DNA of 64,000 nt from Acidimicrobiales bacterium (lineage in GTDB: Bacteria; Actinomycetota; Acidimicrobiia; Acidimicrobiales; RAAP-2), in NCBI GenBank assembly GCA_050014755.1, contig JBEKCS010000008.1, positions 11,820 through 75,819 of the forward strand. The letters are read 5' to 3'. The number at the start of each line of letters is the position of its first letter. Position 1 is the stretch's first letter. The notes beneath the pieces are model-generated. The model ran no database searches, was not told where the DNA came from, and saw only the letters and a program-made list of their open reading frames with translations. Positions 7,901 through 16,738 of the stretch are shown here, one piece after another. The translations under genes were made by a program, and so were the position numbers.

Positions 7901-10186
7901 GTGGAACCGGGGGAGTTCCAGGGCGTCATCGCCGACGACTTCCACGGCTCGACCCCGTGGTGGCCCCCGCCGCGCCGGCCCGCGCCCGGTGCCCCCAACG
8001 TCGTGCTGGTGGTGCTGGACGACGTCGGCTTCGCCCAGCTGGGGTGCTTCGGGTCCGACATCGACACCCCGGTGCTCGACGGGCTGGCCGCCTCGGGCCT
8101 GCAGTACACCAACTTCCACACCACCGCCCTGTGTTCGCCGACCCGGGCCTGCCTGCTGACCGGGAGGAACCACCACAGCAACGGCATGGGGCGGATCGTC
8201 GAGCTGGCCACCGGGTTCCCCGGCTACGACGCCACCATCCCCCGGGCCAACGGCTTCCTGTCGGAGATGCTCGAGGAGCGGGGATGGGCCACCTTCGCGG
8301 TGGGCAAGTGGCACCTGGCTCCCGAGGACGAGGGCCACCTGGCCGCCCCGCGCCGCAACTGGCCGCTCGGGCGCGGCTTCGAGCGCTTCTACGGGTTCAT
8401 GCAGGGGGAGACCCACCAGTTCGTGCCGGCGCTGGTCTCCGACAACCACCAGGTCCCGCCCCCGGCAACGCCCGAGGAGGGCTACCACCTCACCGAGGAT
8501 CTGATCGACCACGCCATCGAGTTCGTCGGCGACCTGCGCGCCGTCGACGTCGACAAACCGTTCTTCCTCTACCTGTGCCCGGGGGCCTGCCACTCGCCCC
8601 ACCAGGCCCCGGCGCCGTGGATCGACCGCTACCAGGGACAATTCGACGGCGGGTGGGACGCGTGGCGATCGGCCACCTACGAGCGCCAGAGGGCCCGGGG
8701 TGTCCTCCCCGACGGATGCGAGCTCTCGCCGAGACCCGAGTGGGTGCCGGCCTGGGACTCCCTCTCCCCCGACGAGCAACGCCTCTACGCCCGGTACATG
8801 GAGGCATTCGCCGGCTTCCTCTCCCACACCGACCACGAGCTCGGGCGCCTGGTCGAGTTCCTCGACCGCACCGGGGACCTCGACAACACGATCCTGATCG
8901 TCCTGTCCGACAACGGGGCGAGCTCCGAGGGCGGGCCCACCGGCTCGGTCAACGATCTCCGGCCCTGGAACATGGCCCCCCGCTCGGTCGCCGAAGGTGT
9001 CGCCCGGATCGGGGAGATCGGCGGGCCTCTCTGCCACAACAACTACCCGTGGGGTTGGACGGTGGCCGGAAACACCCCGTTCCGCCGGTGGAAGCGGGAG
9101 GTGCACGAAGGAGGGGTCGCCGACCCGATGATCGTGCACTGGCCGGCCGGTACCCGTGGGACCGGGGCCATCCGCCGCCAGTACGTCCATGCCGTCGACC
9201 TCCTCCCCACCCTGCTCGACGTTCTCGGGGTCGAGCCGCCCGAGACCCTGGCCGGTGTGGCCCAGTCCCCGCTCCACGGCGTGTCGTTCGCCGACAGCCT
9301 GGGCGACCCGGTGGCGCCCGACCACCACCGCGTCCAGTACTACGAGATGTTCGGCTGCCGGGCCCTCTACGAGGACGGGTGGAAGGCGGTCACCTACCAT
9401 CCGATGCAGGACACGTCCGTCGGGTTCGAGGACGACCGGTGGGAGCTGTACCACGTGGCCGTCGACCCGTCCGAGTGCCACGATCTGGCCGGGTCGGAAC
9501 CCGAGCACCTCCGCCGCCTGGTCGACCGGTGGTGGGAGGAGGCCCGGCGCTACGGGGTGCTCCCCCTCGACAACCGTCCCTTCTCCGAGCTGGTCTTCGG
9601 CCGCCCCGTCCTCGTCCCTCCCCGCCAGCGGTACGTCTACCGGCCCGACGCGGCCATGGTGCCCGAGGTGGTGGCGGTCAACGTCCGCAACCGCGAGCAC
9701 CGGATACGGACGACGGTGGAGATCCCTGCCCTCGGCACCCGGCACGCGCCGGTCGAGGGCGTGATCCTGGCCCAGGGGTCCGGGCTCGGGGGCTGGAGCC
9801 TGTACGTGACCGGAGGGCGGCTCGCCTACGTGCACAACTTCGTCGGCCTGGAGGAGCACGTGGTGGAGAGCCCGGATCCCCTGGAACCGGGCCGGCATGA
9901 CCTCGGCTTCCACTTCGAGCGGACCGGCGAGCACCGTGGGATCGGCCACCTCCTTGTCGACGGGACCGAGACGGCCCGCCTGGAGATCCCCCGGTTCACC
10001 CTCACCCGGTTCTCGCTCACCGGTGCCGGGCTCACCTGCGGCTACAGCAACGGCCTGCCGGTCACCCGGCGCTACGCCGCCCCATTCCGCTTCACCGGAG
10101 GGCTCGACGACGTGGTCGTCGACGTCGACGGGCCGCCCTGGGCCGATCCCGAGGCCGAGGCCGACCACGCCCTGGCCGTCCAATGA
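7901..10186 (+). CDS. Arylsulfatase (Cys-type, formylglycine-dependent; large AtsA-like form)
   Basis: 761 aa with PNVVLVVLDDVGF and the sulfatase signature CSPTRACLLTGR. There is no signal peptide and the start is GTG. Confidence 0.9.
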   Translation: MEPGEFQGVIADDFHGSTPWWPPPRRPAPGAPNVVLVVLDDVGFAQLGCFGSDIDTPVLDGLAASGLQYTNFHTTALCSPTRACLLTGRNHHSNGMGRIVELATGFPGYDATIPRANGFLSEMLEERGWATFAVGKWHLAPEDEGHLAAPRRNWPLGRGFERFYGFMQGETHQFVPALVSDNHQVPPPATPEEGYHLTEDLIDHAIEFVGDLRAVDVDKPFFLYLCPGACHSPHQAPAPWIDRYQGQFDGGWDAWRSATYERQRARGVLPDGCELSPRPEWVPAWDSLSPDEQRLYARYMEAFAGFLSHTDHELGRLVEFLDRTGDLDNTILIVLSDNGASSEGGPTGSVNDLRPWNMAPRSVAEGVARIGEIGGPLCHNNYPWGWTVAGNTPFRRWKREVHEGGVADPMIVHWPAGTRGTGAIRRQYVHAVDLLPTLLDVLGVEPPETLAGVAQSPLHGVSFADSLGDPVAPDHHRVQYYEMFGCRALYEDGWKAVTYHPMQDTSVGFEDDRWELYHVAVDPSECHDLAGSEPEHLRRLVDRWWEEARRYGVLPLDNRPFSELVFGRPVLVPPRQRYVYRPDAAMVPEVVAVNVRNREHRIRTTVEIPALGTRHAPVEGVILAQGSGLGGWSLYVTGGRLAYVHNFVGLEEHVVESPDPLEPGRHDLGFHFERTGEHRGIGHLLVDGTETARLEIPRFTLTRFSLTGAGLTCGYSNGLPVTRRYAAPFRFTGGLDDVVVDVDGPPWADPEAEADHALAVQ

Positions 10187-10241
10187 GGTACCTCCGTCCG
10201 ATGGGGTCCCGGGCGCTCGGCCGACGAAAGGGTCGCTAGTC

Positions 10242-11792
10242 GTGGCCGGGCTCCCGTCCGAGCAGCTGCATGCCATGGCCGAGGCCTTCGGCGACGAGAC
10301 GGCGTACACGGTGGTGGGCAGCGGATCGCTGACCTTCCGCGAGTGGGACACCTCCGCCACCCGTCTGGCCCGCGGCCTGATCGCCGCCGGCGTGGCACCG
10401 GGCGACCGGGTCGCCCTCCACATGCAGGCGGCCAACGCCCTGCGGTGGATGGTCGGCTACGCCGCCGTCCACCGGGCGGGCGCGGTGGCCGTGCCGTTCA
10501 ACCCGCAGCTGACCAGACCGGAGGTGACCCGGATGGTGGCGCACTCGGGAGCCTCGGCCGCACTGGTCGATCGACCGCTCCTCGACCGCTACGAACCGGG
10601 CCGACCCGACCTGCTGGTGGCCGTCCCCGCGGCCGGTGACGACGGGTCCGTGCCCGACGACCTGGCGACCGGCGTCGGCGTGCTCGAGTGGTCGGAGGTC
10701 CTCGACGACGAGAGCGAGTACCTCCAGGTGCCCCGCGGCCGGGGCGAGCTGGCCGACATCCTCTACACCTCGGGCACGACCGGCCATCCGAAGGCGGTGG
10801 CCGTCCGCCACGACAACGCCTCGCTGGTCCCCTTCCGCGAGCCGACCTGGAGCGGCGGATCCTGGCTGCATGCCAGCCCGCCCTACACGTTCGCCGGCAT
10901 CTCCTTCGTGTACACCCCGATGAAGCTCGGCCTACGGGGCATCTACATGCCCGCCTTCGACGCCGGCGTGTGGCTCGACACCGTGGAGTCCGAGCGCCCG
11001 GGATCGGTGTTCCTCGTGCCGGCCATGGCCACCCTCCTCCTCGAGCATCCCCGGTTCGCCGATGCCGATCTTGGATCGGTCCAGCTGTGCACGGTGGGGA
11101 GCGCTCCCCTGGCCCCGGCCGTCCTCGAGCGGTTGCAGGAGAAGATGCCCACCGCCCTGGTCTCCAACAACTACGGCATGACCGAGGCCGGTTCGGTCTA
11201 CTGCCTGATGCCCCCGGGTGAGGCGGTACGTCGCCCCGGGTCGGTGGGCAAGCCGCTGCCCCCGGCCGAGATCCTCTGCACCGATGCCACCGGCACCAGT
11301 GTGCCGGCCGGTGACATCGGCGAGGTCCGCATGCGGATCCCCGGCCGGCCACGCGAGTACTTCGGCGACCCCGAGGCGACCGCCCGGACCTGGGTGGACG
11401 GCTGGCTCCTGACCGGCGACCTCGGCCGGATCGACGAGGACGGCTACCTGTACATCGTCGGCCGGAGCAAGGACGTCATCATCCGGGGCGGCAACAACAT
11501 CCATCCGATCGATGTCGAGCACGCCATCGCCCTCCACCCCGCCGTGAGCGAGGTGTCGGTGTTCGGCGTCCCCCACCCGGTGCTGGGCGAGGACGTGGTG
11601 GCCTGTGTCGTCCTCCGCTCCGGCCACGAGGCCACCGCCGACGACCTGCGGGCCCACACCCTCGAGCACCTGGCCCGGTCGAAGGTGCCCCGCCGCTGGT
11701 ACTTCACCGACGCACTGCCCCGGAACGCCACCGGCAAAGTGCTGAAGGACCGGCTCCGTGCCGGGCTGCCCGACGAGGGCGGCGGCGGGTGA
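10242..11792 (+). CDS. AMP-dependent acyl-CoA synthetase/ligase
   Basis: AMP-binding motifs ILYTSGTTGHPKAV, YGMTE and TGDLGRIDEDGYLYIVGRSKD. GTG 10242 was chosen and ATG 10275 is an alternative. The upstream part of the track ORF overlaps the sulfatase gene in another frame. Confidence 0.85.
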   Translation: MAGLPSEQLHAMAEAFGDETAYTVVGSGSLTFREWDTSATRLARGLIAAGVAPGDRVALHMQAANALRWMVGYAAVHRAGAVAVPFNPQLTRPEVTRMVAHSGASAALVDRPLLDRYEPGRPDLLVAVPAAGDDGSVPDDLATGVGVLEWSEVLDDESEYLQVPRGRGELADILYTSGTTGHPKAVAVRHDNASLVPFREPTWSGGSWLHASPPYTFAGISFVYTPMKLGLRGIYMPAFDAGVWLDTVESERPGSVFLVPAMATLLLEHPRFADADLGSVQLCTVGSAPLAPAVLERLQEKMPTALVSNNYGMTEAGSVYCLMPPGEAVRRPGSVGKPLPPAEILCTDATGTSVPAGDIGEVRMRIPGRPREYFGDPEATARTWVDGWLLTGDLGRIDEDGYLYIVGRSKDVIIRGGNNIHPIDVEHAIALHPAVSEVSVFGVPHPVLGEDVVACVVLRSGHEATADDLRAHTLEHLARSKVPRRWYFTDALPRNATGKVLKDRLRAGLPDEGGGG

Positions 11793-11864
11793 CCGTCCGT
11801 ACCCTGCGGCCCACGGTCGTGGTCGGGTCCCACGCCCGGCGCGGCAGCGGACGCCGACGGTAAC

Positions 11865-12986
11865 GTGACCGCCATGCCACCCCTCGTCCCCCGCCCCCGG
11901 ATCGGCATCGTCGGTGCGGGCAACATCGCCTCGCTCAACGTCGCCGGCTACCTCGACGACCCCCGCTGCGACGTGGTCGCCGTCTGCGACCCGAAGGAGG
12001 GGCGGGCCGACGATGCCGCGCTGGCCTGGGGCGCGGACCGCGCCTACACCGACCTCGACGCCATGCTGGCCGACCCGGACATCGACGCCGTCGAGATCCT
12101 CACCCCGACCTTCCTCCACCACGACCACGTGCTGGCCGCCGTGGCCGCGGGCAAGCACGTGTCCTGTCAGAAGCCACTGGCCAACACCGTGGCCGAGGCA
12201 CGGGCCATGGCTGACGCTGCCGACGCCGCCGGGGTGATCCTGCGGGTGAGCGAGTGCTTCCGCCACTACCCGCCGCTCGAACTGGCCAAGCAGCTGGTGC
12301 AGGACGGCGCCATCGGCCGTCCGACCCAGATGCGGCTGCGCACCGTGGTGGGCCAGACCGATTCGGCCTTCCAGAGCGGACTCGAGGCCGAGGGCTACAT
12401 CTGGCGGATGACGGCCACCAGTCCGGGAGGGCATCTCTTCGACGACATGATCCACAAATACGCGGTGGCACTGTGGATGTTCGACCAGGACATCGTCTCC
12501 GTGCAGGCGGTGGTGCGTCGTCGCGACCACTACTTCGAGCCGTGCGCTGCCATCTTCGAGTACGAGGACCCCACGATCCTCGGGACCATGGACGTGAGCT
12601 ACGCCCCGGCCATGTGGCTGCGCAGCTCGTTCTACGGGGCCGACGAGTTCTTCGAGATCCAGGGCGACGAGGGATTCGTGTGGGTGACCCGCTGTACCGG
12701 CCAGCTGCTCGACCTCCCCTCGGTGGTCCTCTACGACGGCACCAAGGGCCAGCAGACCACCACGTCGTTCCCCCACGTCGACGACGACTGGGGGTCCGGG
12801 TTCTACCGGGCCTCGACCAACTTCATCGACAGCCTGGTCGACGGGAGCCCGCCCGAGATGAGCGCGTCGGACGCCGTAAAGGCGCTGCAGCTGTGCTTCG
12901 CCGTCTACCAGGCCGGCAACACCCGGCTGCCCGTCGACCCGAGGACCATCACCGACTCGGTGGTCCCGGACGGGTGGGCCCGGTGA
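11865..12986 (+). CDS. Gfo/Idh/MocA family oxidoreductase
   Basis: N-terminal Rossmann motif IGIVGAGNIA, EILTPTFLHHDH and KHVSCQKPLA. Confidence 0.85.
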   Translation: MTAMPPLVPRPRIGIVGAGNIASLNVAGYLDDPRCDVVAVCDPKEGRADDAALAWGADRAYTDLDAMLADPDIDAVEILTPTFLHHDHVLAAVAAGKHVSCQKPLANTVAEARAMADAADAAGVILRVSECFRHYPPLELAKQLVQDGAIGRPTQMRLRTVVGQTDSAFQSGLEAEGYIWRMTATSPGGHLFDDMIHKYAVALWMFDQDIVSVQAVVRRRDHYFEPCAAIFEYEDPTILGTMDVSYAPAMWLRSSFYGADEFFEIQGDEGFVWVTRCTGQLLDLPSVVLYDGTKGQQTTTSFPHVDDDWGSGFYRASTNFIDSLVDGSPPEMSASDAVKALQLCFAVYQAGNTRLPVDPRTITDSVVPDGWAR

Positions 12987-13402
12987 TCGTCACCCGCACC
13001 CTCCACCACAGTGTCAACGTCGAGGGTCGCCTCGACCAGTGCGTCGAGTTCTACTCGACGCTGCTCCAGCTCCCCGACGAGGCCCGACCGACCATCCCCG
13101 GTGTCGGCGGCCACTGGTTCGCCGCCGGCGACGTCCAGCTCCATCTGGTGGACGCCGACGCCGGTAGCGAGGCGATCCAGCCCACCGGACCCCACGTCTG
13201 CTTCGCGGTAGCCGATCTGGACGCGGCCATCGCCGAGCTCGAGGTCGGAGGGATCCCCTACGTCCGGGGGGCCCAGGGGCCGGTGGTGCAGATCTGGTTC
13301 GTCGACCCCGCGGGAAACACGGTCGAGATCCAACAGGACCCGGGGCACGTCCCCGGTCAGGGGATCCCGCCGTCGACCCGTAGCACCGCCCCCGTCGTGT
13401 AG
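12983..13402 (+). CDS. VOC (glyoxalase/bleomycin resistance/dioxygenase) family protein
   Basis: VIVTRTLHHSVNVEG...HVCFAV...VEIQQ is the pattern of a single VOC module. The GTG start overlaps the stop of the previous gene (GTGA at 12983-12986). Its tail overlaps the convergent SDR gene by 46 nt. Confidence 0.7.
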   Translation: MIVTRTLHHSVNVEGRLDQCVEFYSTLLQLPDEARPTIPGVGGHWFAAGDVQLHLVDADAGSEAIQPTGPHVCFAVADLDAAIAELEVGGIPYVRGAQGPVVQIWFVDPAGNTVEIQQDPGHVPGQGIPPSTRSTAPVV

Positions 13403-14106
13403 CTCGATGCGTCGGATGCGAAGTAGAGCGCGGCCCCGACCACCTCGTCGGGCTCGCCGCCCCGGCCGAGCGCGTGGCGGCGACGCACCTCGACGTTGAA
13501 GGCCTCGAGGTCCCACTCCTTGGTCACGTCGGTGAAGAACGGCCCGGCCATGATGCAGTTGACCCGGACCGTCGGCCCGTAGGCGTGGGCGAACCCGACG
13601 GTGAGAGCGTTGAGCCCCGCCTTGGCGGCGTCATAGGGGAGCATGAAGGGAGCGGGCCTGATCGAACCGGTGCTCGACACGTTGATCACCGAGCCCCCGC
13701 CGTCGGCGACCATCCGCGGCCCCACCAGCGCGGTCAGGCGGAACGGCCCCTTGAGGTTGAGCCCGACCACCTTGTCCCACATCGATTCGGTGACGTCGGC
13801 CAGGTCGCCGTAGAGCAGGGACATCCCCGCGTTGTTGACCAGCACGTCGACCCGCCCGAAGCGCGAGTAGGCCTGCTCGACCAGGCCGTCCAACTCGTCC
13901 CAGTTGCTCACGTTGACCGATACGGCGAGGGCACTGCGGCCTCGGGCCTCGACCTCGGCGGCCACCTCACGACAGGCGTCGATCTTGCGGCTGGCCACGA
14001 TCACGTCGGCCCCGGCGTCGGCGAAGCCCAGCGCCATGGCCCGCCCCAGCCCCCGGCTGCCCCCGGTGACCAGGACCACCCGGTCGGTCATGGCGAAGCG
14101 GTCCAC
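13357..14106 (-). CDS. SDR family oxidoreductase
   Basis: TGGSRGLG cofactor motif, NNAG, and a YDAAK-type catalytic region (PYDAAKAG). It ends in VDGGIP. An alternative start is at 14091. Confidence 0.9.
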   Translation of the reverse strand: MDRFAMTDRVVLVTGGSRGLGRAMALGFADAGADVIVASRKIDACREVAAEVEARGRSALAVSVNVSNWDELDGLVEQAYSRFGRVDVLVNNAGMSLLYGDLADVTESMWDKVVGLNLKGPFRLTALVGPRMVADGGGSVINVSSTGSIRPAPFMLPYDAAKAGLNALTVGFAHAYGPTVRVNCIMAGPFFTDVTKEWDLEAFNVEVRRRHALGRGGEPDEVVGAALYFASDASSYTTGAVLRVDGGIP

Positions 14107-14110
14107 GGGC

Positions 14111-16351
14111 TCAGTCCTCCGGCTCGGGGTCTCGGGGAAGCCCGAGGATGCGCTCGCCGATCACGTTGCGCTGGACCTCGCTCGTCCCCCCGGCGATGGT
14201 GAGGCATCGGGTGGCGAGGGTGCCCTGGGACCATCGGCCCGCCCACGCCTCGGTCACCGCGCCCTCGGGACCGGTCATCACCAGCCCCAGCTCCTGGACC
14301 CGCTGCTCGTGTTCGGCACCCAGCAGCTTGCGCAGGCTGGCCGCCGGACCGGGATCGGACCCGGCCAGGGCGAGCAGGGCGGACCGGTGGGCCATCAGGC
14401 GCAGCGACTGGGCCTCGGCCAGCAGGCTGCCCATCCGCAGCGAGGTACCGACGGGCACGCCCGCAACCTGTCGGGCCGCCATCCGCACCAGCGCCTCCAC
14501 CCCGGTGCCGAAGGTGGCACCCGACGAGATCGAGACCCGCTCGTTGGCCAGGGTCATCCGGGCGATCCCCCATCCTCGGTTCACCTCGCCGACGACACAG
14601 TCGTCCGGCACGAACACCGAGTCGAAGAAGACCTCGTTGAACAGTGCCGCACCGGTCAGCTCGCGCAGCGGGCGTACCTCGAGGCCCGGCGATCGCATGT
14701 CCACGACGAAGTAGGTGATGCCGTCGTGCTTGGACGCCCCCGGGTCGGTGCGGGCCAGGCAGATCCCCCAGTCGGACACGTGGGCCATCGACGTCCAGAC
14801 CTTCTGCCCGGTGAGCTCCCAACCGCCGTGGACCCGTTCGGCCCGCATCGACAGACTGGCCAGGTCCGACCCGGCTCCCGGCTCCGAGAAGAGCTGGCAC
14901 CACATGATGTCGCCGAGCAGTGTGGGTCCCACCCAACGTTGTTGTTGGTCGGGAGTGGCGCACGAGATCAGCACCGGGAGCACCCACGCGCCCACGCCCA
15001 GATGGGGCCGGTCGATTCCGGCGGCGGCCAGTGCCTCGTCGATCACCACCTGCTCGACGGCGCCGGCGTCCCGGCCCCACGGTGCGGGCCAGTGCGGCGC
15101 TACGAGGCCGGCCTCGACCAGCTTGCGGCGACGGTCGGTCGGCTCGGCGGCGACCAGCTCGGCCACCACCGGGCCCAGCTCGACACGCCACCGCTCGGCC
15201 TCGTCGGGCAGGTCGGCGGAGAGCGCACGGCGCGCCCCGCCCCCGGCGGCCTCGGCCAGCTGCAGGCGGAAGCGGTCGCTCCCCGCCATCAGCTGGCGGT
15301 CGGCCAATGCCCGCTTCAGGTGCAGGTGGACATCGTGTTCCCAGGTGAACCCGATGCCCCCGAGGATCTGGATGCAGTCCTCGGCGCACAGCACGTAGCC
15401 GTCCAAGGCCAGGACCGCGGCGGTCGAGGTCGCCAGTGCCGTCCCGTCGGCACCGTCATCGGCGGTGTCGGCCGCCAGTGCGGCGTCGACCGCCTGCACG
15501 GCGTCCCATGCCACCGCCGCCATCTGCTCCACCCGCACGGCCATGTCGGCCGCCCGGTGCTTGACCGCCTGGAACTGGCCGATCGGCCGTCCGAACTGGA
15601 CGCGGTCCTTGGCGTACTCGGTAGCCGTCTCGAGACACCACCGGGCACCTCCGGCATGCTCCGCCGCCATCAGCGCGAGCACCACTTCCTCGACCCGTCG
15701 CCCGCCGATCCCGGACAGCTGTCGGGTGCGTGGCACCGTCAGTCCGTCGACCTCGAGCTGCCCCACCCGTCGGGTGGCGTCCGTGCTCGCCAGCGCCACC
15801 GGCCGGGCCGGGCCGCCGGGAACAACGTCGACGAGGCACCAGGTAAGCGACGCCGGCCCCTCCCCGACCGGCACCAGGGCCAACGATGCCGTCCCGAGGC
15901 CGAGGACGGGACGAAGCGTGCCCGACACCGTCAATCCGCCGTCGGAGCTCCGGTCCACAACGTCCAGGGACTGCTCGCCCAGGTAGATGGCGGCAGGCGC
16001 CGTACCGTCGGCCAATCCGGGCAGCACCTGGCGAGCCGCGTCGGCCGGCAGGTACCGGGCGACCAGCGCCGAGACGGCCACCGTCGTCAGCAGCGGTCCC
16101 GGGGTGGTGGCCCATCCGGTCTCCTCGAGGATCACCGCCGCCTCGAACAGCGCGAATCCCTGGCCGCCGCCGGTCTCGGGAAGGTGGATCCCCAGCCACC
16201 CCTCGTCGGCCATCGCCGACCACACCGGCTGGAGCTCCTCCACCTCGGCGTCCAGCAGCGACCGGGCCACCTCCCGACCGCTGTGGACGCCCAACCACTT
16301 GGCGACCGAGCTCCGCAGCTCCCGATGTTCGGTGGTCAGTGCGATCGGCAC
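14111..16351 (-). CDS. Fused two-module acyl-CoA dehydrogenase (beta-like N module + catalytic alpha-like C module)
   Basis: Uninterrupted 746-aa ORF. Module 1 ends in ILGGIGFTWEHDVHLHLKRA with no catalytic Glu motif. Module 2 has WCQLFSEPGAGSDLA and ends in GGTSEVQRNVIGERILGLP. Confidence 0.85.
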   Translation of the reverse strand: MPIALTTEHRELRSSVAKWLGVHSGREVARSLLDAEVEELQPVWSAMADEGWLGIHLPETGGGQGFALFEAAVILEETGWATTPGPLLTTVAVSALVARYLPADAARQVLPGLADGTAPAAIYLGEQSLDVVDRSSDGGLTVSGTLRPVLGLGTASLALVPVGEGPASLTWCLVDVVPGGPARPVALASTDATRRVGQLEVDGLTVPRTRQLSGIGGRRVEEVVLALMAAEHAGGARWCLETATEYAKDRVQFGRPIGQFQAVKHRAADMAVRVEQMAAVAWDAVQAVDAALAADTADDGADGTALATSTAAVLALDGYVLCAEDCIQILGGIGFTWEHDVHLHLKRALADRQLMAGSDRFRLQLAEAAGGGARRALSADLPDEAERWRVELGPVVAELVAAEPTDRRRKLVEAGLVAPHWPAPWGRDAGAVEQVVIDEALAAAGIDRPHLGVGAWVLPVLISCATPDQQQRWVGPTLLGDIMWCQLFSEPGAGSDLASLSMRAERVHGGWELTGQKVWTSMAHVSDWGICLARTDPGASKHDGITYFVVDMRSPGLEVRPLRELTGAALFNEVFFDSVFVPDDCVVGEVNRGWGIARMTLANERVSISSGATFGTGVEALVRMAARQVAGVPVGTSLRMGSLLAEAQSLRLMAHRSALLALAGSDPGPAASLRKLLGAEHEQRVQELGLVMTGPEGAVTEAWAGRWSQGTLATRCLTIAGGTSEVQRNVIGERILGLPRDPEPED

Positions 16352-16357
16352 GCCCGC

Positions 16358-16588
16358 CTACCGATCTCCGGTGGTGGTGGCGTCCGGTGACTCGACGAGC
16401 TCGAGGGAGATGGCCCGGGTCGGGCAGCCGTCCACCGCCACCCTGAGCTGCTCCTCGACATCACCCGGCGGGTCGCTCGGCACCGACAGTCCCTCGGCGT
16501 CGAGCTCGAACGTGGCCGGCGCCCAGAACACGCAGTTGCCCGACCCGATGCAGCGGTAGCGGTCGACGACGACCCGGAAGGTCGTCAC
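16358..16588 (-). CDS. Ferredoxin (single-cluster, 3Fe-4S-type motif)
   Basis: 76 aa with CIGSGNC ... CP (DGCPTRAI), typical of actinobacterial P450-partner ferredoxins. Confidence 0.8.
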   Translation of the reverse strand: MTTFRVVVDRYRCIGSGNCVFWAPATFELDAEGLSVPSDPPGDVEEQLRVAVDGCPTRAISLELVESPDATTTGDR

Positions 16589-16738
16589 GGGCGTCGTACC
16601 CGGTCACCGGCTGATCGGGCTGTCGGGGGTGCGTCCTCCATCGGCGGCGACACTACCGCCGCAGACCGTCCCAGGTGGGATTGCCGGGGTAGCCTCCTCG
16701 ACGGGCCGGGGGACCCACCCGCCGAGGAGGAGGCCGAG

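Noticed and set aside
13357-13402. Convergent gene overlaps: 46 nt between the VOC and SDR genes, and 11 nt at 43855-43865.
   Set aside because: Both follow from unambiguous stop codons and involve low-complexity tails. This is common in compact high-GC genomes and nothing indicates a special mechanism.
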